A stretch of 64,000 nt of DNA. Source: Phycisphaera mikurensis NBRC 102666. Its GTDB lineage: Bacteria; Planctomycetota; Phycisphaerae; Phycisphaerales; Phycisphaeraceae. The position numbers and the translations under genes were made by a program. The stretch lies in contig NC_017080.1 of NCBI RefSeq assembly GCF_000284115.1, positions 3,401,534-3,465,533 on the forward strand, written 5' to 3'. Position 1 is the stretch's first letter. Every line of letters starts with the position of its first letter. The notes under the pieces are model-generated. The model searched no databases, had not been told where the DNA came from, and saw only the letters and a list, made by a program, of their open reading frames with translations. Below, piece by piece: positions 28,001 through 33,995 of the stretch.

Positions 28001-30416
28001 TGATCTCCTCGACCGCGTCCATCGACTCGACCCGCGAACGGACCGTCCCGAGGATCCGTTCCGCCGCCCGGGCGAGCGTGTCGGCCCGCTGGTTCTTCTG
28101 CTCGACGAGCGCGAGCCTTCGCTGCTCGAAGGCCGCGAGCACCTCCTCGCGCTTCTCGATGAGCACCCCGACGAAGTCGTCGAAGCCGCCGAAGCTCGCT
28201 TCGAGTTCCTCGACCTGGACCATCAGCTTCGCGAGCGAGGCGTCGGCCTTCTCGGGCGTGTCGGCCAGCTCCAGCGCGTTGGTGATGCTCTGCTCCAGCA
28301 GCTTCAGCCGGGAGGCGAACTCGGCGGCGCCTTCCTGTTGGCCCAGCTCCTGCCGCCGGGCCCGCAGCCGGGAGCGGGTGGCGTTCAACCGGGAGAAGAC
28401 CTCGGAGATCGCCTCGACCACCGCGGTCCGCTGCGTCGCGTCGTCGATGTCGAGGTTGTTGACGACGTCGATCAGCAGCTCCAGCTCGCCGGCTGCCTCG
28501 GCGACTTCGTCGCCGAGGGCTTCGGCCTCGGCCGCGGTGGCGAGGGCACCGACGGCTTCGTCCTGCGCCCGGACCCGATCGCGGTACGGGTCCAGCGCGT
28601 CGTCGCGGAGCAGGAACGAGAGCGTCTTCTGCGAGACGGCCTCGGTCTGATCGACGACCTCGGCCTCCATCGCCTCGACCTCGCCCGGGTCGACATGCCG
28701 CAGCTCGCGGAGGCCGATGACCTCGCCGCGGACCGCCCGCAGCGCCGCGAGCGTCTCGACGTACCCGCCGACCTCGTCGGGGTTCGCCACGCGGGCCGAG
28801 GCGATCGCGGCGTCGACCTCCGACCGCACCTCCGCGACGGCCCGGGCCGTCTCGCGTCGCTGCCGGGTCAGCTTCTCGTACTCCCCCACCGCCGCGGCCG
28901 CCGCGTCGCGGATGCCCGCCAGCGGCTCGGCCACCCGCGCGGCGGCATCTTCTCCTAGCCAGAAGTAGGTGTCCAGCAGGTCACCGGCCTGCTTGACGAG
29001 GTCGGCGTACAGCGATTGGTAGAGGTCCTCCCGCGTCGCGAGCCCGAGCACCTGCCGGGCCTCGGCCATGGCCCGGACCACGTCGCGGTTGCCGATCCGC
29101 TTGAGCGGGTTGTCGTCCCCCCCGCCGGCCACCGCGGGCGCGACGTGGTCGGGCCCCACGAACGGAGTCGTCCAGTTCTGCACCGCGTGGTGCTTCTGCG
29201 GCTCGGCGCCCTCCGGAGACTTGAACAGCAGCAGCCGCCCGTCGTCGCGGAAGGCGTAGCCGTTGCACACGATCGGCGCGGCGACTTGGCGGGCGATCAG
29301 GTTGTACGCGAACAGCACGTAGACGCCCCGCTCCCGCTGGTAGAAGACGTAGAGGAAGTCCTCTCCATTCGGAGACACGACCCTGCGGTCGAAGGTGAGC
29401 CCGCCCGGGGCCGCCACCAGGTCCGCCACCGCCGCGAACACCTGCTTCTCGCCGGTGGCGAGGTACACGCCGTCGGCGGTCATCACGCCCTGGTCCTCGG
29501 GCAGCAGCACCGCGGCAGTGCCCAGGCCGTCGGCCCGGACCGCGGTGCCGAGCTTCGTGTTGAAGACGAAGTGCCGCCACGCCTTCTCGCGGTACGGGCG
29601 GATGCGCAGCAGGACCAGCGGGCCCTCGACCACGTACAGCACGTCGGCGTCGTCGAGGCCCTGGTCCGGCTCGTCCACCGGCTCGGCCAGGATGCCCTCG
29701 CCCGTCTCGGTGTTGTTCTCGACCTTGATGGTCAGGTCGCCCCCGGTGGTCTCGACGAAGACCAGGTCCTCGATCGAGTAGTGCGGGAACCGCCCGCCGG
29801 TCTGCATGTCGCGGGTCACGCGTTTCCACGCGAAGTCGTGCTGGGGCGGGTAGGTGACCTCGTGGTCGGATCGATTGCCGAGGTAGGCCAGACCTTCTCC
29901 TTCTTGTCCTGACTCGCCGGGGGCGAATGCCCACTTGAACGCCTTGAAGTCGTCGACGGTCCGGCCGGTCCGGAACTTCATGTAGACGTGGGGCCCGCGG
30001 CGGAAGAACTTGGTGAAGCGTGCGTCCTTGTAGAAGCGCATCAGGTCGGTGAAGTCCTTCCTGAAGCTCTCGTTCTCCAGCAGCCCGAGGCCGTCGTCGT
30101 GGAAGACCGCTTCGTCGTCCTGCCGGTAGCAGGCGAAGACGTCGCCGAGGTCGACGGTGCTCTTGAGGCCGAAGTGCACGTTGAAGCCCATCAGCACGCG
30201 GTCGCCGACGGCCACGATGTCCCGCGGCACGCAGGCGTGCGCCGTGGTCACCCGCGAGGTGCCGGCCAGCGCGAGCTCGACGCTGCCGAACGCCTCCTTC
30301 CGCTTCGCGTTGAGCGCCTCGAGCCGCTCCCGCAGCTCTCTCGCCTGCGCATCGAGCCGCCCGCGGAGCACGTCGTAGGAAGACCGGTCGAGCTGTTCGG
30401 GTGGGGCGTCAGGCAT
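25014..30416 (-). CDS. Giant (1800 aa) AAA+ ATPase with a coiled-coil region, C-terminal tandem repeats and a conserved C-terminal domain; family unknown
   Basis: Protein-like composition across the whole ORF. Walker A 'LLLISPPGYGKTTL', Walker B 'VMVYVDDIQ' and the 'VAVVMAGNPYTESGEAFRIPDMLSNRADTYNLG' sensor region sit at about residues 1215-1400 (AAA_5/MoxR-like). A long E/A/R-rich helical middle fits a coiled coil. Three 26-aa repeats '..AAIAELSKISGSAASVAAAVSSGDAT' lie at residues about 1585-1660. The gene is immediately downstream of the flotillin and NfeD genes, in the same orientation. Confidence 0.75.
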   Translation of the reverse strand: MPDAPPEQLDRSSYDVLRGRLDAQARELRERLEALNAKRKEAFGSVELALAGTSRVTTAHACVPRDIVAVGDRVLMGFNVHFGLKSTVDLGDVFACYRQDDEAVFHDDGLGLLENESFRKDFTDLMRFYKDARFTKFFRRGPHVYMKFRTGRTVDDFKAFKWAFAPGESGQEGEGLAYLGNRSDHEVTYPPQHDFAWKRVTRDMQTGGRFPHYSIEDLVFVETTGGDLTIKVENNTETGEGILAEPVDEPDQGLDDADVLYVVEGPLVLLRIRPYREKAWRHFVFNTKLGTAVRADGLGTAAVLLPEDQGVMTADGVYLATGEKQVFAAVADLVAAPGGLTFDRRVVSPNGEDFLYVFYQRERGVYVLFAYNLIARQVAAPIVCNGYAFRDDGRLLLFKSPEGAEPQKHHAVQNWTTPFVGPDHVAPAVAGGGDDNPLKRIGNRDVVRAMAEARQVLGLATREDLYQSLYADLVKQAGDLLDTYFWLGEDAAARVAEPLAGIRDAAAAAVGEYEKLTRQRRETARAVAEVRSEVDAAIASARVANPDEVGGYVETLAALRAVRGEVIGLRELRHVDPGEVEAMEAEVVDQTEAVSQKTLSFLLRDDALDPYRDRVRAQDEAVGALATAAEAEALGDEVAEAAGELELLIDVVNNLDIDDATQRTAVVEAISEVFSRLNATRSRLRARRQELGQQEGAAEFASRLKLLEQSITNALELADTPEKADASLAKLMVQVEELEASFGGFDDFVGVLIEKREEVLAAFEQRRLALVEQKNQRADTLARAAERILGTVRSRVESMDAVEEINAYFAGDLMVEKLRDLADELGGMDDRVREGDLRAGLKAAKEDAVRRLKDRLDLQGGGRDTIRFGRHTFAISTQPIDLTLVHRDDTPVLHVTGTQFFEEVADPRLRGASARWDQALVSESASVYRAEYLAYLMLEAGAGTSVEAVQAYMAPRYAEGYVKGVHDADAAKILSALVELRDTLGTLRFSAPARVLAQLWWEAGATDDERKLWHLRLANAAAAASPGPASRNAEDTEAQRHRGGTEAEADAADRGGFPALEATVRGFAEEVGGFTAEQADEAVAVLAAEVGLAGIGGEVRFAASGGAVASAASLRETAGEPLAAALEAAPDAVERFRLARTWDRDPEVALRLAGGENNLRVLDASPTRSVENLVGDHPRIRGGELTIDYPVWVPRMRRFATAGVAAFEAFSDTKHEVLKEARDQMRLDTFKPKVLTSFVRNRLLDEVFLPLIGDNLAKQIGTAGADTRTDRMGLLLLISPPGYGKTTLMEYVCARLGMVFLKINGPALGHGVTSLDPAEATNAAAKEELQKLNLGFEMGDNVMVYVDDIQHTNPAFLQKFISLCDAQRRIEGVRHGKPKAYDFRGRRVAVVMAGNPYTESGEAFRIPDMLSNRADTYNLGDIIGAHGDAFEMSYLENALTSNPALNPLATATRDDVHRVIRLAGGASPDGVEFDGSFPPDELAEMVEVVRKLARVRDVILKVNLAYIASAGQDDDYRTEPPFLLQGSYRNMNRIAEKVSAVMNDAELRELIVSAYEQDAQTLTTGAEANLLKFRELVFGLTPEQEERWVEIKSAFVRNNSVRALGGDATAAAIAELSKISGSAASVAAAVSSGDATAAAIAELSKISGSAASVAAAVSSGDATAAAIAELSKVNAAIGGIASAVRDGRLPPAPVNLEVDVAGIVAALEAAAAKLDGSQRSRGERATGDTHPQEIRVVNKIPDTFLYVMKEQFEIMQSWIEPFAQVNARQDGQLTELQQTLDKLTHRWGRVIDKLENSDRS
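25400..25640. repeat. Roughly 78-bp direct tandem repeats (about 3 copies) inside the giant ATPase gene; they encode 26-aa protein repeats
   Basis: 'gctcggcgatggc.gcggcggtcgcgtcgccggacgaaacggcggcggcgacggaggccgcggagccactgatcttgctca' recurs at about 25411, 25491 and 25572. Confidence 0.7.
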
Positions 30417-30457
30417 CAGCGGTGTCGCTCGTGGTTCGGATGCTGCGGGGCGGGAGG

Positions 30458-30988
30458 TGTACGAGCGGCGCTTCGCTTGATCACAGAGAGCACAGAGGCA
30501 CAGAGGCCACAGAGAGGCACAGAGGTTGGGGCTCAGGCTTGGTCGGCGATCACGCGGCGGCTGTGGTCTCGGATGTTGTCGCCGTGGAAATTGATCAGGA
30601 GGCCCAGTGGCAACTGCATTGCGCGGAGATAAGTGATGACCTGGTCGCGATGAGCATCGTGGAGTCGCTCTACAGCCTTCAACTCGATCACGAGCTCGCC
30701 CTCGACAAGGAGATCCACCTTTCCTTCGCCAACCACCACGTCCTTGTAAACCAGCCGGACCGAAACCTGCCGCTCGAAGGAGATGCCACGCGAACCCAAC
30801 TCGACAGCCAGCGCATTCTCGTAGGTCTGCTCCCTGAATCCCGCACCCAGTGCCGAATGCACCTCCATGGCGGCACCCAACACCCGCCCGGTCAGTTCGC
30901 TGTCGCTCATCTTCTTCCTCCGTGCCTCTCTCTGTGGCCTCTGTGCCTCTGTGCTCTCCGTGTTCAAGCGAAGCGCTGCCCGCACGCA
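30458..30988. mobile_element. MITE-like cassette: GxxExxY gene bracketed by roughly 58-bp imperfect inverted repeats built from CACAGAGG-type units
   Basis: Left arm 30458-30520 is 'gcgcttcgcttgatcacagagagcacagaggcacagaggccacagagaggcacagagg'. Right arm 30911-30988 is 'cctccgtgcctctctctgtggcctctgtgcctctgtgctctccgtgttcaagcgaagcgc'. The right arm is the reverse complement of the left with a few mismatches and one 2-bp indel. Confidence 0.55.
30533..30910 (-). CDS. GxxExxY protein (PD-(D/E)XK nuclease-fold family)
   Basis: 125 aa from 'MSDSELTGRVLGAAMEVHSALGAGFREQTYENALAVEL' (GxxExxY motif). 'DLLVEGELVIELKAVERL' fits D..E.K PD-(D/E)XK geometry. Start at cat 30908-30910; the track ORF extends 25 codons upstream into the repeat arm. 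Confidence 0.8.
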   Translation of the reverse strand: MSDSELTGRVLGAAMEVHSALGAGFREQTYENALAVELGSRGISFERQVSVRLVYKDVVVGEGKVDLLVEGELVIELKAVERLHDAHRDQVITYLRAMQLPLGLLINFHGDNIRDHSRRVIADQA

Positions 30989-31001
30989 GCTGACTCCCGA
31001 A

Positions 31002-32999
31002 TCACCCCCCGATCTCGCTGAGGCGTTTGTCGCTCGCGCCCGTGGCTTTGGCGAGGCCGAGCAGGCCTTTCAGCTCGCCGAGCAGGCCCTCGTCGTCGGA
31101 AGAGGCCATGGCTTTGCCGAGCAGCGCGGCGATGGTGAGGTTCTTCACGTCCTCCGAGGACACGCCGGTCTGCTGGACGAGCTCCTTGAGCCGGCCGCCG
31201 AACTCGCCGTTGGACAAAGCTCCCCCCGGGCCGTCGCCGGAGAGCTGAGACGCGATGCGCTCGACGTGCTTGGAGTTGTCGACGAAGCGGTCGACCTGCT
31301 TGCCGCGGGTGATCGCGTTGATGAGGTTGTCGAAGAAGACGCCGTCGCCGCCGACGATGTCGATGTTCGCGGACTTGAGCGCCTCGGCCAGCACCCTCGC
31401 CTGCTCGGCGGCGATGTCCTTCTGGATGCCAATCTCGGCGAGCTCGACCTGGAGCCTCCGCTCCAGCTCCAGCTTGAACTCCTCGTGCTCCTTGCCCACG
31501 CCGTCGAGCTTCCGCATCGCCTCGGCCTTGGCCGCGACGGCCTCGGCCTCGGCGTTGCCCTTGGCCCGCATCACCTGCGCCTCGGCGGCGCCGTACTTGT
31601 CGAGCGCCCCGGCCTGGGCGTCCATCACCTCGGCTTCGGCCAGGCCCGCGGCGGCCTTCTCGGCCTGCAGCGCCTCGGCCATCTTCATCTTGCCCAGCGC
31701 CTCCTGCTCGGCCGCCTCGCGGTGGGCGCCCGCCTCGATGAGGATTTCCTCGGCCTGGAACTTCGCGGCCAGCTGCCCGGCCTCGGCCTTCTGCACTTCC
31801 TGCACCTTGGCCTCCTCCGCCTTGGCCTGGGCCGCGGTGACGCTGACGGTCTTCGCCCGCTCGGCGGCGGCGACCTCTTCGGTGTCCTTGATCTTCTCCT
31901 GCTCCTCGACGACCGCCCGCTCGACGACGACCCGCTCGCGGATGACGTCCTGGATCTGGCGGCGCTGCTCCTCGAGCGCCTTCTCCTTCTCGATCTCCGC
32001 CAGCTCCACCACGCGCTCGCGCTCGGTCGCTTCGAGCCCCTTCTCCCGCAGCACGCGCTCGCTCTCGACGGCGTCGGTCTTCTCCTTGGCCTTGGCCGCG
32101 ACCAGGATCTGGCGGAGCTTGTTCTGCTCGGCGATGCCCAGCTCCTCCTCGGTGCTGATGCGGGCCCGCTCGCTCTTGAAGCGTTCCTCCTCCTCGACCT
32201 TCTGGGCCTCGGCCTGCTCACGGGCCTTGACGCTGGCGATCTCGCGGGCCTGGCGGTCTTCCGCCTCCTCCTGCTGACGCTCGAGCTCGAGGATCGCCTC
32301 GCGGGCCTCGACGTCCTGCTTCTTGATCGTCTTCTCCTTCTCGCGGGCGATGCTGTTGGACAGCACCGCCTCTCTCGCGGTCAGGTCGGTGATCTTCTTG
32401 ATCCCCTCGGCGTCGAGGATGTTGCTGGGATCGAGCTGCTTGAGGTCGGTCTGCTCGAGGTAGTCGATCGCCGCGTCGTCGAGCACGTAGCCGTTCAGGT
32501 CCGTGCCGATGTGGGCGAGGATCTCGTTCTTGAACTTCTCCCGCTCGGTGTAGAGCTCGGTGAAGTCGAAGCTCTTGCCGACGGTCTTGAGCGCCTCGGA
32601 GAACTTGGCGTCGAAGAGGTCCACCAGCGCCTGGATGTCGCTGGCCCGGCGGCAGCCGATGCTCTGGGCGACCTGCAGCACGTCGGCGCTGGCGTTGTTC
32701 ACGCGGACGAAGAAGGCGACCTTGATGTCGGCCCGGACGTTGTCCTTGCAGTTGAGCCCCTCGGAGCCGTGGCGGTAGATCTCGATCCGCTTCACCGAGA
32801 TGTCCATGAACTCGGCGCGGTGCATGATCGGGATCACCGGGATCCCCGAGAAGGTGACCTTCGTGGGACCCACGCCGGTCCGCACCAGCGCGGTGCCCTG
32901 CTCGACCTTCACGAAGAACTTCGCGAGCATCGTGAGGAAGCCCACGGCGATGACCAGGAGCCCGACGACGACGACGGCGATGACGATGGCGGTTTGCAT
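31002..32999 (-). CDS. Flotillin-family SPFH-domain protein (YqiK/FloT-like), 665 aa
   Basis: N-terminal TM 'IVIAVVVVGLLVIAVGFL', then an SPFH domain, a very long E/A/K/R-rich coiled coil, and a C-terminal flotillin-like tail. Confidence 0.85.
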   Translation of the reverse strand: MQTAIVIAVVVVGLLVIAVGFLTMLAKFFVKVEQGTALVRTGVGPTKVTFSGIPVIPIMHRAEFMDISVKRIEIYRHGSEGLNCKDNVRADIKVAFFVRVNNASADVLQVAQSIGCRRASDIQALVDLFDAKFSEALKTVGKSFDFTELYTEREKFKNEILAHIGTDLNGYVLDDAAIDYLEQTDLKQLDPSNILDAEGIKKITDLTAREAVLSNSIAREKEKTIKKQDVEAREAILELERQQEEAEDRQAREIASVKAREQAEAQKVEEEERFKSERARISTEEELGIAEQNKLRQILVAAKAKEKTDAVESERVLREKGLEATERERVVELAEIEKEKALEEQRRQIQDVIRERVVVERAVVEEQEKIKDTEEVAAAERAKTVSVTAAQAKAEEAKVQEVQKAEAGQLAAKFQAEEILIEAGAHREAAEQEALGKMKMAEALQAEKAAAGLAEAEVMDAQAGALDKYGAAEAQVMRAKGNAEAEAVAAKAEAMRKLDGVGKEHEEFKLELERRLQVELAEIGIQKDIAAEQARVLAEALKSANIDIVGGDGVFFDNLINAITRGKQVDRFVDNSKHVERIASQLSGDGPGGALSNGEFGGRLKELVQQTGVSSEDVKNLTIAALLGKAMASSDDEGLLGELKGLLGLAKATGASDKRLSEIGG

Positions 33000-33039
33000 G
33001 GGGTTTCTCGGCCTTGGGTGGTCAGGGGGTCAGGAAGCA

Positions 33040-33185
33040 GGGAGCAGAGCCGCAGAGGACGCAGATGGCCGCAGAGGGAAGAGGGGAAGGATCGAGTTGG
33101 ACTGGAGCAGCAGCTGAAGGGACGGAGCTGGGGGTTGTGCGGGAGCCTGGTCTCGGCTTTGCGTTCCTCTGCGTCCTCTGCGGGT
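33040..33185. repeat. Inverted repeat 'cgcagaggacgcagagg' / 'cctctgcgtcctctgcg' in the NfeD-flotillin intergenic spacer, related to the CAGAGG repeat family
   Basis: 'gccgcagaggacgcagatggccgcagaggg' at about 33046-33075 and 'gttcctctgcgtcctctgcgggttg' at about 33162-33186 are reverse complements. They are separated by about 90 bp. Confidence 0.5.
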
Positions 33186-33210
33186 TGACTCGGATCGACT
33201 CACCACGACC

Positions 33211-33930
33211 TCAGAACGCGGCGACGTAGTAGACGCGGGACTCGTCGTCCTCCGCGACCAGGACGGCTTCGTCGCCCTTGTTCAGGACGACGCTCTCGTC
33301 GCGGGTGCGGGCGTGGAGCTTGAGGGGGGCGCCGGCGGTGGCGACCTCGACCTGGCCGCCGCGGGTGTCGACGGTCAGCGAGGAGACGGTGCAGCGGCGG
33401 CCGAGCAGCTTCAGGTTGCTTTCGGCCTCGCTGTCGGCCTCCATCGTCTTGACCATTCTTGCGATCGGCATCGTCACGAGCTTCATGACGATCAGCGAGA
33501 CGAGCAGCACGGGGACGAAGAAGAGCAGCTGGAAGAGCAGGCCCCAGCCGCCGAAGACCGGGTACGCGAGCACGCCGATGGCCCAGAGCGACAGCAGCAG
33601 CACCGACCACAGGACCAGGATCGGCACGCGGCCGACGTTGAGGAACTCCAGCGTGTCGCCGACGAAGCCGTGGGCGCCGACGTCGCCGTCCACGTCGGCG
33701 TCGCCGGCGTCGAAGTCCAGGTCCAGCGAGTCGATGCCGACGGCACCGAGGATCACCACGAGCCAGTAGAGGCCCGTGACGCACAGCAGCACGCTCAGCA
33801 CCAGGTTGACCGGGCTCGCGACGCAGGCGTTGAAGAAGTCGATCACCAAGTCCGCCCTTCGCCACGCGGTCGCTCCCGGGTTGCGGCCGCGTGGGGAGGC
33901 TCGGAAACTCCCCCGGGGGGAGACTCGCAT
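33211..33930 (-). CDS. YqiJ/NfeD-like membrane protein with a C-terminal OB-fold domain
   Basis: Hydrophobic N-terminal half ('VNLVLSVLLCVTGLYWLVVILGAV', 'ILVLWSVLLLSLWAIGVLAY', 'FFVPVLLVSLIVMKL') and a C-terminal beta-rich 'GRRCTVSSLTVDTRGGQVEVATAGAPLKLHARTRDESVVLNKGDEAVLVAEDDESRVYYV' typical of the NfeD OB domain. Placement immediately upstream of flotillin is canonical. Start is uncertain (ATG 33930 or an internal GTG). Confidence 0.6.
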   Translation of the reverse strand: MRVSPRGSFRASPRGRNPGATAWRRADLVIDFFNACVASPVNLVLSVLLCVTGLYWLVVILGAVGIDSLDLDFDAGDADVDGDVGAHGFVGDTLEFLNVGRVPILVLWSVLLLSLWAIGVLAYPVFGGWGLLFQLLFFVPVLLVSLIVMKLVTMPIARMVKTMEADSEAESNLKLLGRRCTVSSLTVDTRGGQVEVATAGAPLKLHARTRDESVVLNKGDEAVLVAEDDESRVYYVAAF

Positions 33931-33995
33931 TCTAAAGGTTTCCGCGGACCGTGGAGGTTCCCGCCGCCTGTGCGTCGCGGTCCGCGGGTGCGGCG

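Noticed and set aside
30458-30988. Possibility that the CACAGAGG arrays are a CRISPR array
   Set aside because: The units are 8-9 bp, not 24-48 bp, with no unique spacers of regular length. The two blocks are inverted copies of each other.
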